Assembly: GCA_010093815.1 (NCBI GenBank) | Contig: ML996568.1 | Length of the DNA stretch: 64,000 nt | From: Pseudovirgaria hyperparasitica | Lineage: Eukaryota | Strand: one strand, 5' to 3' | Shown: in pieces, positions 11,907-25,681 of the stretch | Position numbering within the stretch: the stretch's first letter is position 1 | How the letters are laid out: each line of letters begins with the position of its first letter | Program-made: the position numbers and the translations under genes | The notes under the pieces: generated by a model | The model's database searches: none | Told to the model about the DNA's origin: nothing | The model's input: the letters and a program-made list of their open reading frames with translations, nothing else

Positions 11907-12506
11907 TCAGGTCACACGCCCAACCATTGAAACTGTGGATCTTCCATCAACAGATGCCCATATTTCTGACTCTGGGCAGTGGTCTTTGATATTCCCCATC
12001 CCTCGTGCATTCAACTTTTCGATCTCTATTTCTTGTAGCTGTGCTCGGAGGTTCTTGGTGAGGCGAGCCCGACGCCGCTGGGCTTGTCTCTCTGGGCCAT
12101 CAGCATCCTGCTGGCTCTTTTTCTTGAAGGTGAAAGCCAGTTGATAGGTCAGGCGTATGGTGTTGAATATGGTACCAGCGTAAAGTATAGGTGCCGCTGT
12201 GTAGTAGATGCAAGTCCCGGCGATCAAATGGACACAGTCTCGAGATGGTTTGAGTCCAGACATAGTTGAACAGATCAGCTCCGTGTCTCTAGAAGCTAAA
12301 CTGTCTATATGTATATGTCTAATACCAATCAGTCTCGATGGCGATACCGATATGAGCTCTTCAAACCTACTGTTATAGATCAAACAACTGCAAATCCTCT
12401 CACCATTCCTCACAGAATCATTACGCAGACAAAAGAAAGGAGGGCTGTTGATAGAACGACAATGCCGATGTCCACGGACTACACACAAGCAAATAAACGT
12501 ACACAC
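11907..12506 (-). CDS. Possible hypothetical protein (structure uncertain)
   Basis: 199-codon ORF with a hydrophobic stretch followed by a basic coiled-coil-like segment (ERQAQRRRARLTKNLRAQLQEIEIEK). No family was recognised and the start is unclear. Confidence 0.3.
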   Translation of the reverse strand: MCTFICLCVVRGHRHCRSINSPPFFCLRNDSVRNGERICSCLIYNSRFEELISVSPSRLIGIRHIHIDSLASRDTELICSTMSGLKPSRDCVHLIAGTCIYYTAAPILYAGTIFNTIRLTYQLAFTFKKKSQQDADGPERQAQRRRARLTKNLRAQLQEIEIEKLNARGMGNIKDHCPESEIWASVDGRSTVSMVGRVT

Positions 12507-15500
12507 GCGCCGATCACACCTATAAGTACCTCCTCGATATTATAGTGCGGAGAATAAAACCTCGCATGCTCATGAACCGATGCCGGGACACTGTACACAA
12601 TAATGTGTCCAGCACATATCCCCAAACACGAAACAGAACAAGACACGGCTTCATTTCGGCTGTGACGTGTTCACATTCGGCGCTTCTATTTTGTCAACGA
12701 AACGTCAGCATTAGAATCTGACAAGGCTTATGTGCATTATGCATGATTTCGAAGACTGCAATCTGGTAGAACACAGGGCAACTGGAACACGATGGCTGGG
12801 GTGGCCACCAGGCGATGGCTATGTTTGTTTCGTGGTGCAGGCGCAGTAGGGCTTCCATGGCTTATGCCAAGCATGCAACAGGAGGCTTCTATAGAAGCGA
12901 GGACAAGGGCAAGGTGATGAAAAAAATAGTGCGTATGTAATACGATCATTACGATGGTATTCGGGGTGAAGAATCCGGAACTGCGGGGCGTTATCTTGGC
13001 AGGATCTAGATCCGGGCTTGCTGATCCACCTGTTTTTGGCTAGCAGTTATACATAAGGGTGCACGAGTTGATGTGGCCTGATCAAAAAATAACTTTAGCC
13101 TTCTTACCGGGTGACTTGCCCATGGACGAGGTGGGGAAGGGGAGATAACTTCTATACCTTCAGTCCCACAGCCCCGAGCGCGACGGCTCTTCTCGTCGAG
13201 AGAGGCAAGATCTTGGCTGCTCCAATGGCTTCTTGGAAATAGAGTAATTTCCTGTCGTTCAGACCAGATCTGGGACAAGATTTGGTGCTACAGTATCGCC
13301 TGATCGATGAGGATTAGAGTCTGTGGCTAAGAGGTAGCCTAACGAAGCAGCTGATGGTAGGACCTGGGGATGGTGGACGTTTGTGAATAAGCACTTTAGC
13401 GAGGGTGAGCAGGTAGCGGCTGTCGGCCGTGTCTGTACATATCCAGCAAGTATTCCTGGCTAGTGGATGGAGACAGGAAGGATGATGGGAACTAGGAGCT
13501 GGTGGGGTCGAATTCAAACTTTAGCAGCCCGAGGAATACGAAGCCATGGCATGGCGCGGCGGAGTGTGCTAAATATGCAGATGGCCTCAGGAATACTTGG
13601 TTCTGTAGGGTGTCGCTGGACGATGCAACCAACGATTCTACTGATCGATCAACGATACTCTGTGATTCTCGAGATCACTGGGTCGATTCGGATCATGTGA
13701 ACCTTCTTCTTGGAGCAGAAACGTCAAGAGTCAAGGGAGTGGCCTGACAAGCCTCCAGGTTATGTGCATAGTTTATGTGGTCTGGTTGTGTGGCTCTGTA
13801 GAGCCCGTCGTTGCATTATCTCCTGATGCGAAGAGTCCGCATAGTCGGAGATTGTTGGTAGCTTTGGAGGCAGAGAGTTTTACAGAAAAGGCTCAGGCCC
13901 CCAACAAGTAATTGCCACTAAGAGTTTACTCTTTTGCGAGCTCGAGCCATAGAGATTACTGTGAGCAGTGTATGTTCATGATCACACATCACATACAATT
14001 TCGCTCTTTACGTGTGGCACATACCTGGAGTCGCCCAGCCACATTCTACGGGCCGTTTGGTGAAAGATTGGCCCTGGCCCACGGACCCAGCCGAATGCGT
14101 CCCGGGCGCCAACCCTTCTTGACAGCGGTTCCATGAATAGATTGTCATGGCATCACAATCTACGTGGCGTTACGTGGCGTTGTTGGTGGGAGCTTTCCGC
14201 ATTCCCGTGACTGGTGGTGGGCGATGGAAAACATCTATCCGGCTCCTCGCGCTTGGACATGCAGACAGTCGTTTATCTGCATGAGAGATTTTTTGCGATA
14301 CGACAGACTTCCGGCGCCTGGAACGAGGGTCGGTAACGGATATGCAAGGAATTGAGGCAAGCCATGTACTGGGCAGAGGGCTGCGCGGTAGTCGCATTCC
14401 GAACGGTAAGGACGCAAGGACAAGGACGTACAAGCCAAGTCAGTCTCTAACCTCTGGTATTCTACCAGGATGACGCCAATCATTCCTGCTCTGACGTATC
14501 CCTCGAGCGATATCCGATATGGGTCCTTGGCATCGTCTTCTAACTACGTTGAACATTCAGTACATTTCTGAGCTTTCAGATACGAGATACGAATCCACGC
14601 TTCATGCGCCATCAATCTAAATGTTCACCGTGCCTACTAAGTAAGTAACTCTTCGCGGCTCAAACGCGGAATACCGCAGGTTGTAAGACACAGCAATCAT
14701 CCACTCATATGGTCAAGTGGATAGGCTTGAGATGCAGGGTGCCTCAGCAGAGCATATCCAGGCGACAGCCAGAACCTGACGGACTGCATATGCAGACATG
14801 GCATCAAAAACCGAGTGGTCCATCTCAACAGTACGCCCCGGTGTTTCGTATCCAGTACTTCACGAGGCTGTACAAGGCAACATGGGCAAACTCGTTGTCG
14901 CCGTAGGATAGACGCAGCCTCGCCACTGTCCACGTCTCACTCTGATGTCAGACATAACGCCAAAACCTTCACAGGGCTCATAGGCATGTATGTTGATCAC
15001 CGTTGATCAGTATTCATTTTTCCTTTTGAGATGGATATTGCGCCACGAGTACGAGTAGGTCAGTGTTGTACGGGTCTCGAGGACTTGATAGCCTTGCGTC
15101 GCAATGAGTCGTAACAGAAAAGAATGCCATGTCGACAGCTAAAATATAAGACAACAGTGTCAGATATGCGCATGGAAGTGTACGCGGTACTCCAATGCGA
15201 GGGCGGCGTACAGTAGTGTAAGTGCACCCGTGAAACGTGAGCTATGTTTGGTGCTGCGTTTGTTAGCATCATAGCTGCTGTGGTGTGGTAGCTGCGTGGA
15301 TGGATACTCTGATGGTCATACTTTGTTCAATGATGGTATTGCACGATATGCGCAGTAGTAGTCAACGAGAGTGCGGTTACTGTACAGAGGAGTTAGTGTT
15401 TACTAGTGATTGATATTGTCGACGGCCATGAGGCAAGCAGCAAGGCAGTTTGTAGGTGAGTGGCAGTGCAGCAGAGCCGCTTCGACCAGCCAGCTAAGAC

Positions 15501-16663
15501 CAACGGGACCGTTAGAGCTAAGGATATACACTAACCCACTTCCGTCGAAACATTTACTGGGGAGGGGGTGGGAGTGTCTCGGGTTTGCGCCGCTGCCGAA
15601 GTGTGGACCCACAATCCACTATATGGTACCATTATTATCCATCCATGCATCATCCCGGTTACCTCATCTCACAACACTCACCTCATCCCACCTCATCTCT
15701 CTCTCAACAAGCGTACACTCACCGCATGGATGACTCCGAACGCGGCGCAGCATTCGCAGGCCTCTTCGTATCGTCGTACAGTTATAGCCATTAACCCACC
15801 ATCTGTCAAGCTAGAATAGGGAGTTTGCTGTCAGAGCTGATGTTTAGTGAAGGATGTTTCTATTTTTGTGACCAATTCATCCTTCTATCAACGACAGTAA
15901 CAACGGTATTACAGCCCTACGGTTCACGCCTGGGACTTGTTCCCTGTCCGTCAATCCCTTGGTCCAGCCTGTCTACAATGTAATTGCGCTAGGATAAGAT
16001 TACGGGGAACGTTCACGCTGCATGCGCGAGCCCGGAGCGGACCTTTAGTCATGCAAAACACTATACTTCCATTGGAACGTATGCTCGTTTCGGAACTTTT
16101 CATATAAGGGGGGCCTGAGCATGATGGTACATGTAGCCTTGCTCCAGGTTCATTTGCCTAACTTAGTTCACGTTCTTTTCGCTCTAGGCTTCCAGCAATC
16201 ACTCCACACAATTTCTCTCTTTCCATAGAAGCTACAACGCGTTGACTGTTTCGTCTACCAGGTACACCTGGCAAGGATAGTCTGAACAGTCGTTTTCTTG
16301 TTATTGAGTTCCACTTTCTCGACTACTCTTGTCTTGGCCATATACGTACAAACGAATTATCTATACTCAACCCCACGACCCGTCATTGGTGATCTCGGCG
16401 TAGAAGAACTATTGGTTGCCTCATACCCTTGACTTGGCCTTGACCTCTCGGTATTGCACTCTGCCAAGGGACCAGGTTTCGACAGTCCACCTTGTAGGAC
16501 GATCATTCTAGCCTTGACGTATCCTTCGTCCCTTGCGTCACATATCGTGTTTTAAGCGTACGAAGCCGAAAAGCATTGGCTTCTCAGACCCACTTCGTCT
16601 AGCCGCCAACAAGGGATATCCAAAACACCCACGTAAATCGTTCACTATCACGTACGAAGAAAC

Positions 16664-18869
16664 ATGGCGACCCATGCCAACCACCAGCACCAACAGGCCC
16701 AGTACATCTACCATCCGCAAGCCCCTATATATCAGCACGAGAGGTCAAATAGCAGTGTAGCCGCTCAAATCGACCACAATTCCGATCCGCACACTCCCTA
16801 CTCTCCGCCTCTTCCTCAGGCAAGTTCGGTTCGTGATACAACAATCACATCTGAACAGATCCAATCTGACCTATCACCACTCCGGCCCACTTCCTCTCAT
16901 TCACAGTCATTGGCTCAGTATCATTTATATCCCTCTGTTTGTCTTGATGACTTAAAGCCACAAACAAAATCTGAAGTAGCGAGCCGACCATCAATTGCAT
17001 ACAGTACAAGAAGCATTTGCAATAGTCAAAGTAGCTTCGACATGGCTTCATCAGACTTCGGAAGCACAGCGGAGCTGGCGGAGCTGAAGAACCCTCCACC
17101 TCCTCCCAATCCGTCGAACACGTTGAACACGCTGAACCCGTTGAACCCGTTGAATCCGCCAGAGGCCCCGCACCACCCTTCCTCTGGCTCCAAAGGCTGG
17201 AGGTTCTATGCTGCTTTTGGGAGTCTTTGTTTGGTGAACTTGGTGTGCGCATTAGATGCCACAAGCTTAGCAGTCGCGTTACCTGTAAGCTGGAGAACCA
17301 TTCAGTTTCTATTTAATATGCTCACGACACTCAGATCATAGCCGAGAAGCTAAATGGCTCAGCGATTGAAGCTTTCTGGGCTGGCACGTCATTCCTTCTG
17401 ACCGCCACAGTGTTCCAGCCAACATTCGCATCTCTCTCCCATATATTTGGCCGCACGGATATGCTTCTCTTGGCTCTGACGTTGTTCACCATCGGTGCCA
17501 TCGTAGGCGGTGTGGCTCATAACTTCACAGTCCTGTTGGCTGGTCGATGCATCCAGGGCATGGGAGGCGGCGGCATATCAGCTCTCACATATGTTATCGC
17601 CACAGATCTTGTCAGTCTTCGCGAGAGAGGAAAATATTTCGGGCTGATTACGATGATGTGGGCACTTGGCTCGGTCACGGGACCAGTCATTGGAGGTGCC
17701 TTTGCTCAAGACGTCAGCTGGGTAAGTCAGTTCCTACATATGTAGAGCTACATACTAACAGGCCTACCTAGCGATGGATATTCTGGATCAACCTTCCCTT
17801 CTGCGGGATCTCATATGTCACTATACCTCTCTTCCTCCGCCTCAAACGCAAGGAAGGCTCCATCCTTGGTAAACTCAAGCAGGTAGACTGGATCGGATCA
17901 TTCCTCTTCATCGCCTCGCTTACTTCATTCCTCATTCCAATCACCTGGGGCGGCATCATGTACCCATGGACGCACTGGCGCACCCTAACCCCTCTCCTCG
18001 CCGGCGGCTTCGGCCTCGTCCTCTTCATGCTGTGGTCAAAATTCCTTTCTATCGAGCCCATATTGCGCGGTTCCATGTTCAAGGACCCCGAGGCGCTCAC
18101 CACCTACTTCGCCACCACCGTCCACGGTATCTGCCTGTGGTCCGCCCTCTACTACATGCCTCTGTACTTTGAAACTGCCAAGGGGTACTCCCCAATCAAA
18201 TCCGGCATTGCCCTCTTCCCTTGGACATTCACCACTGCGCCTGCTGCCGGTATCGTTGGTGTCCTCATTGCCCGTACGGGTAGATATCGATGGGGCATCT
18301 GGTCCGGCTGGGCACTCTCAACCGTGGGCATTGCTCTGCTCGTACTTTACAAAGTCGACACACCGACCGCCATGTGGGTCGGTATCGGCATCATCTCAGG
18401 TGCCGGAGTCGGCGTCCTGTATTCTGCCATGAGTTTCGCTATCCAGGCATCCAGCAGCGCTGCCGACTTGCCCTTCGCCGCCGCCCTCTACTCATTCTTC
18501 CGCAACTTCGGCCAGATGCTGGGTGTGGCGGTCGGCGGTACCATCTTCCAAAACGAGATGAAGAGGAACATCGAGGGCATCCCGGCGCTGGCTAGTAGTG
18601 CTGCTGCTCTAAGTAAGGATGCAAGCAGCCTTGTGCAGTTGATCAAGAGCTGGCCGGCGAGTCAAGCCGTCGTCAAGGCAGAGCTTATTGTCGCGTATGT
18701 GGACAGTCTGAGGACGATTTGGATCGTGATGGCGGCCTTGGCCGGACTGGCATTTGTACTCAGTGCGATATTTACGAAGGGCAAGTCACTGGAGAGAGAG
18801 TTGGAGACGGATCAGGGATTTTTGCATGATTCAGGCAGTGTCGGGTCAAAGTCGGATGTTGAGAAGTAG
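16664..18869 (+). CDS. MFS drug:H+ antiporter (DHA2, 14-TMS)
   Basis: Introns 17285-17334 and 17722-17771. Motifs LDATSLAVALP, SLSHIFGR, GRCIQGMGGGG, GPVIGGAF, WRWIFWINLP, DWIG and FFRNFG. The start may instead be the ATG at 17042. Confidence 0.92.
17108..17160 (+). repeat. 9-bp coding tandem repeat (NPS-NTL-NTL-NPL-NPL-NPP)
   Basis: Degenerate aac(a/c)cg(t/c)tg units in the MFS N-terminus. Confidence 0.75.
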
Positions 18870-19181
18870 ACACAACGGACTTCCACTCATTATTGAGATT
18901 TCTTTTGTTTGCACACTATTCCTTCATTCATGCATAAGTTGGTGGGTAGGAGGAGTCTGAACCATTCAGGCGTACTTTGAGGGCCGGGCCAAAAAAACAT
19001 GCATCCTGGCCCATAATACTATTTCTTGTGTAGTTGTAACATTTGAACTTCAACCACATCAGAACTATATGCTTCACTACCTCCTTTAAGACAAAGTCCT
19101 TTTAGCTAGCTCATCTTGCAAAAAGATACCACAAATTCGATACTCATTACCATTCATTACGTCATTGCTACTCTTCGCCGT

Positions 19182-22100
19182 CTATGATCCAGTTTCTAGA
19201 ACATCGTTAGCACATCTGTGTCATAGTCGCAACGGAATAATACTCACCAGTCTCAACACCAGGTTGTCTCCCATCCAGACCACCTGTCAGCTTCTTCTGC
19301 AACTTCCTCAAGCCAATTTTGCCTTGGTCTTTCGCAAACTTGACGTTACGAGCAGGCTTCCATTGCATCAAACCGCGCTGCTTGCGCTCCTCTGTGCGCT
19401 TGTTTTGTTTGTTATTCTTCTCTACGGTGTCACCCGTAGCTTGAGAATCAATCGTGCTCATTGTAGTGTCTGTGCGATCTGTGGCGAACGATTGCTTTAC
19501 GGATCCTTCCTCGCCAGCAGCAGAGTTATTGGCGTCCTGAATACCTAGATCATCACTTGAGGCTTCGTCATCTTCGTCGTCGTCATCATCATCATCTTCA
19601 TTGTCTTCGTCACCTGACGGATGGTACGGGTCGTGTAGTGGCTGCTCGGCTCCAGGTTCTCGGCGTTTCTTGCCCTTGGAGTCAACATATGCAGCTGGGT
19701 CGTGGCCAAAGGCACCACTCCAATCAGTGCCCGACTTGGAGAGCCACTTGATCTTCTCCTCTTCGTCGGCGTCCTTAAGCACGTCGCGGCCCTCCGTCAG
19801 GCTGTCGTCATGCAACCTCTGAATACGATCCGGCATTTCCTTCTCGACCATCCGCGTCCGCACACCCTCGGCGAGACAAGCCTCCCAAGTTTCGAACGTC
19901 TCGCGTGTGTCGTTATCTGATATGAAATGCTCATGGCTTTCGTCCATACCGGCTTTAAAGCGACCGGTGAACTGGAGGCGACCAACAACTTGGAGGTCTT
20001 CAAGGCCAACTTCATTCTTGCAATTTTCTTCGGTGATGTAGTTCTGTGTGAGACGAGCCGGGTGAGAGCACTTCCAGATCGGTATATCAATAGGAGTTTC
20101 CTCGTTGTCGATGAGGTGGTGGAGCCAGATGACAGAATAAGCATCGGCTCTTCTTTTATTGGCAATATGGAACTCAATGACGATTGGGGAGCGGTAACGG
20201 TATTTTACTGGCAGTCGGACCTTCTCATGACCGTCTTTCGGTACAATGTTGTAGTCGTAACCATTACCCTCAAAGCGGGATTTTCCGGAGCTACGTCCGA
20301 TTCTGCCGGTACTCCCACCAGTGCGCATCTTCAGTCTTGCGTGTTGGCTGTAGTCGATCGTCTTGACAACATTGGAGACGAACTCAAAAGTACCAACATC
20401 CCATCCGAGCATGTTAGGTGGCAACCGGGTTTCAATGGCTCGGAACAAAAGAGATATGCGCACACGACCAAACCCGACACCACCATCAAGAGGGTACCAT
20501 CGAGTGACCTGTGAGCTTGTTTCCAAAATGTCGGACAGCTTCAGCGGAACTACGCCCAAGATAGGATCGTGTTCTCGGTTGCGCGAATCACGCACCGTGA
20601 CGGTGATGATACCAGACCTCCAATCGCGCATGAAACGCTCTGTACCTGCGTTGAAGATCGGCTGACTGCTAACAGCCTTGGAGCGAGTTCGATATACCAG
20701 TTCATCGTTGAAGCAAATAGTACAGTACGAAGTCGGTAGGTCCTTCCCCTGTTCTGCAGTGCTCTCTCCATAGGGCTTCGCAGGTTCGAATTCTCTACCC
20801 TTACGATTTCCGTTGCTGCCTTTCACATTCTCGAGCTCGAGGTTGACAATTTGGTGGACGACGACGTTGACAATACCACTCGGCCAGAGAGGGTCTGGAG
20901 GGGTATGTTGAACAGCATCGTCATCGGCCGTGTTCGTCACGCCCTTCTCGTCTTGAAGCTCAGGATTATTCTTCAATTCGTCTGGAAGAGCTTTGTTCTT
21001 TCCATCGGTTCTAAGTGCGGGTCTGAACTGTGGCTTGCCGAAAAAGCCTACCTCCCAATGAAGCTCACCAGGCATAGTACTGTCCGCATCCATACCCGCA
21101 AGCTTAGAGACTTGCGGGAACATCTTACCAGGATGTTGAATCATCTTCTGCATCGATAGCTCAACCTTACCTACAATGTCATCGGCGCTGTGGCGATCAG
21201 AGTCCCAGAGCTCAACACTAAGGTTCTCATCGGCTTTAATAAGCTCAGGAGTGACCAGAAGAGCTGCAGTCTCTTCCCAGATCGGATTCAAGTCATCCGT
21301 GATGACGCGCGTGCAGTACATTGGTTTGCCATACTTGGAAAATGCCAAAGTGATGTATGGATCGCTGCCGCCATGTTCGCTCCCACGCTTGTCCTGTTTG
21401 CTGAGACCAACAGCTCTGTGAATGCGGATCCACATGACACCGAGCGCCAATACATCCTTCGTAATGTCATCTCCTTGAAGTATAGCTCGCATGTCAATAG
21501 ACATTGACTTCGGAGCAACATACATGCTAGCGGCAGCACCGATGGCATAGTTGACAAAGTTGGAGATCAGGGGAAGGTTTAAGATGTTCACGCCCTTCTC
21601 GACCATGGGAATACATCCTGCCTTGACCTGAGGTGTGCCCATCAAGGTAAACGTCAAGTTCTTCAAGAACGGAGGCTCAGGTGTCATAGCAAGTCGAAGC
21701 CGAATTGTTCCTACAAGTCCTTGAAGCTCGACAAAGATTGGCAATGGAACACCAAACAGACCCTTGATACCAAGATAGAAGACGAGTTGCATATGCATGT
21801 TGCGAGCTTTATCAGAAGCGCGTTTACCAGACGGCGCAGCGTGATACGCAAATGACACTTCGAGGTTGTAGTAATCGCCGCCTTCTTCGTCAGCCGCAGC
21901 TTCCTGGGGATCCTTTGTTTTTTTGTTTTCATCGTGGATAGTCTTCTTCATGTCTTTCATATGCGAGTCTGGAAGGGCGCGCAGACTGAGTATCCGGATC
22001 GGATTGCTGCCTTGACTAATTTCAGCAACTCTGACGTTCTCAATGACACCAGGTACCGAAGCTTGCATCACGTCTTCGAGAGTATCTGCAACGCCCTGAA

Positions 22101-22955
22101 ACATGTCAGGGTTGATAAGGCCCCAGACGATTCCGAGTAGAGTGTTCATCCACTCTACGGACTCAGGTAGCAGATTTGCCGTTGCGTATTCTCCACGATT
22201 CTTCTCGCTCTCCCATTCCATCTCTCGCCCGCTGCGAACGACTTCCTTAGTCCACAGCCACACACCCGACGTCAGACACATAGCAAGAGGAATCATGCCT
22301 AGTAGTCTGCCACCGAACATCTTTCCAATTATTACGGTGGCCAGAAATATGCCAATACATAAGGCGTTTGTTCGCGACTCCAATGCGGCGAACATGGGCT
22401 CGTAGCTAACCGAGGGTGTAGGATGGAAGAGGATATTAGTCTTTTCTCCGTGGATTGGGACATCAGATGTTGCGCCCTCTGTCACTGGATCTGGGGGAGC
22501 AGTGACATCCTGTGCCTCTCTGTACTCCTCGCCAGACATGTTTGCCGCGGTTTTGACTGGCTGGAATGGGCGTCAGTCATATCGATCATTTCACCAGCAG
22601 AAGGATTGCGTACAGTGTCTTTACCAAGATTGGCATTAGGAACAGAGAGCATGGGATTCGTCACTCTATCCATTATACTAGGATCGACATCCTCAATCGT
22701 GACTTGCTTGCCAGTTGTTGGATCCGTAACAATCTTCTGGGTGCCTTTGACACCGGCTTTCTGGTTCTTGTGAGGGACCGCGTCAGAGCCCCCATGAGCT
22801 GCAGCTTGTTTCCTAGCTTTCTCTGCGTCGTCAATTTGACGATCGCGTTCTTTTTTGTCTTTATCCATGTTTTCCATGAACTTCTTTACAGTTGGCACAG
22901 GATTTGCACCGGAGTAGTGGCCTCCAGGCGCATGCTGCTGCTGCTGTTCCGCCAT
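19182..22955 (-). CDS. Mug190-like SMP + C2-domain membrane-tether protein (tricalbin-related)
   Basis: ORFs 22482-22955 and 19207-22539 are joined by an intron. Features: TM hairpin, SMP start PESVEWMN, C2 motifs SDPYI, DLNPIWEE, ELWDSDRHSADDIVG, and a second C2. The last intron gives VETETGS* (stop 19182-19184). Confidence 0.88.
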
Positions 22956-23649
22956 TGTGGGTGGTAGACAAGAAGCTTTTGTTCAACGTCCGCGGTCTGC
23001 AGGCTTCGTAACGGGTGAGGTTGGACTTAGTTTTGGAGCCCTCGACAGAAATAAAAGCAACTGAACGAGAAAGATCCAATCAGCCCAGCCTGTAAAAAGG
23101 ATCAAGAGCTGAACCGAGATCAGAAAAAGAACGCATCTACTTCTGAACACCAAAAGGTCAGGTCAAATTGAAAGCAAGGAATCGTGGGAAGCAAGGGAGG
23201 AAGTCTAGCTAAGTGGGTACTGTAGATATGCCGTGGCTGTTATAGATGATGTCATGGCGTTGTAGCTTCTGTCTTGGCATATCAGATCCACGATCTGGAC
23301 AGCCACAACGAAACTCGCTTAAGGAGCCGCCCATTCCTAGCTGGATTGACACCTGCACCTGTACTCGGGAAGGATACTACTCATCACTTCAGCTCACTTC
23401 AGACATCTACTATTATCAATCAATACTACTTGGATAATGTCTTGTAAGATAACCACGACAGATCTGTGTAGCAATTAAACCTCAATCCGTGGTACATGGG
23501 CATTGCGAATGCACAATGGCGCAACCCGATTTGTTAATGCCATTTCATGCATGCACCATGGCTAGGCCATCAGCCATCGCCCAAGACTCTCGTTCCCCAA
23601 CCGTCGTCTCATCAAGCATTCTGTTATCCATCTCGATTCTTTCCTAGCC

Positions 23650-25058
23650 ATGTCTGACGCCAGCTTTACCACCTTCACCAATTGTCGATACTGTCTTAAC
23701 GGGAAGCTGGTCGATGACCGTCTGGTCGTATCTGGCGACTCTGGCACCATACTGAACACAACTGGCTACATTGGCGGGGACATTATAGATCTGGACGACG
23801 CCATCATAGCCCCGGGTTTCTTGGAATTGCATACCAATGGCGTTCATGGCTTTCATTTCACCCATTATGAAGACAGCAACCAGTACCAGAGCAGACTGAA
23901 TGACACAGCTCGCTACTATGCAACCCAAGGCGTCACTGGGTTCTGGGCTACGATACCAACCGTGTCATCAGAGAACTTTAAAAAGGTAACTCCAATCAAG
24001 TCTCCATAAATTTTATTTGGGTATGCAGAGTCATTTCAAGAGTGTATCTGCCGCATGTCTATGTCTTTTGTCAGTTTCAACCTCTTACATCTTTCCATAA
24101 TAGTTTGATGCCTGGATCGTCAGGTTGGCGTTTTAGACTGTTCACTATACAACCCAAGTCTAGAGGTGCTCATCCCCTGTTGCAGATACTGCCCTCATTA
24201 TCACCTCAGGACTTTCCGGGCGGCGCTTCTCTACTTGGTGCCCATGCCGAAGGTCCCTTCCTATGGCCATCTAAGAAGGGTGCTCATAACGCGTCGCTGT
24301 TTGCCAGTCCACCTACAACTCCTGTCGATATATATGGCAATGTGAGTCTCCAGAAGTCATTAAAACTGGTCACTGTAGCCCCAGAGATTCCTGGCTCAGC
24401 CACAACCATTTCAACCCTCACCACACATGGTATTAAAGTCTCCCTCGGCCACAGTGATGCCGCGATCGAACAAGGTGCCGTCGGTCTCTCTGCCGGGGCG
24501 ATCATGCTCACCCACGTCCTCAATGCGACTTCGCCTCTCACATCTCGTGCTCCTGGCCTTGCAGGTCTCATAACCCTGCCTGAGAACAACACACCAAAGC
24601 CTCCGTACTACTCAATCATTGCTGACGGGCATCATTTACATCCGAGTACGCTAGCGTTTCTGCACCGCGCTGCACCACAGAGATCTATATTGATCACAGA
24701 CAGTATCGAATTGTCTGGTCTGGCAGACGGTGTGCACCCAGGGCATGCCCAAATCCCGTTTCCACAACGCAAGCAAGGCACGCGCGCTACTATCGATGGG
24801 ACCGAGACTCTGATAGGAGGATGCATCAGTCTACAAGAATGCGTCAGGAACCTGATCAAATGGACCGGCTGTGGAATTGCAGAGGCTGTGCAGTCTGCGA
24901 CCGAGAACATTGCGTCGATGATGGGAATAGACGGCGAGGGAGGACGAGGATTTCTGGTACCCGGACAGAGAGCAGATCTGTGTGTGCTGAATGATGAAGG
25001 AGAGGTACTGCAGACATGGATTTCAGGGAAGAAAGTCTGGGACAAGGACGGCATATAG
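23650..25058 (+). CDS. nagA: N-acetylglucosamine-6-phosphate deacetylase
   Basis: Motifs PGFLELHTNG, GAHAEGPF, TVAPE, SLGHS, THVLNA, IIADGHH, ITDS and GQRAD. One intron at 23986-24185 (ENFKK|ILPSL). Confidence 0.9.
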
Positions 25059-25681
25059 CCTGAAGAGCCCTCGGTTGATATACCCTCAAGTTCGTTGAGC
25101 TTTGGTGACGGCTGCCATCAGGAGACACTACTGACCTTGTCGGAATATGGCTATCACACTTCCGACACCACCCTCAAAGTTCGTTAGCCGAGATGTCTCA
25201 CACAATCGCCACAAATCTACTTGGCATGTTGCACCATGGTATCAAATGATGCTGACCACGGCTCTGTCAACTCGCCTATTCCCTTTTCGACATTGCAGCC
25301 CTGGTCAAGTCCCTACTGACACGACATCTACTCCACTTTCTTGCGCAAGAGCCCCGCTCGAATGGTGTATGTCCATTGGCTCTCTGCGACTCTTAACTCT
25401 GGCAACGTCACCAATGGGTTGCTGTGGAGCTTTTGGGATGTCCTGGGTTGATGACTGTACAGGTCGTTGTTCCTCAAGACAAATATAGTCGTGTCGATTG
25501 GCTTCTGTCTTACCATAACTCACGTGGCCCCTGGGAGTGACGTGCATAACGGCTATATAGCCGCTTCCATAACACTGAGATACGAGAGGTAGCAGTTCCT
25601 CGTATAAACTGCCACATAGATAAGCCCAGTCCTTTACGCCATAGTCTTCGCCCTCCGATGCTTTCCCTTTAATCAACCACA

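Noticed and set aside
12700..16500. Many short ORFs in long intergenic DNA (also 27.5-29.9, 34.1-36.9 and 43.6-46.4 kb)
   Set aside because: They are short, overlap in all frames and show no family motifs, consistent with chance ORFs.
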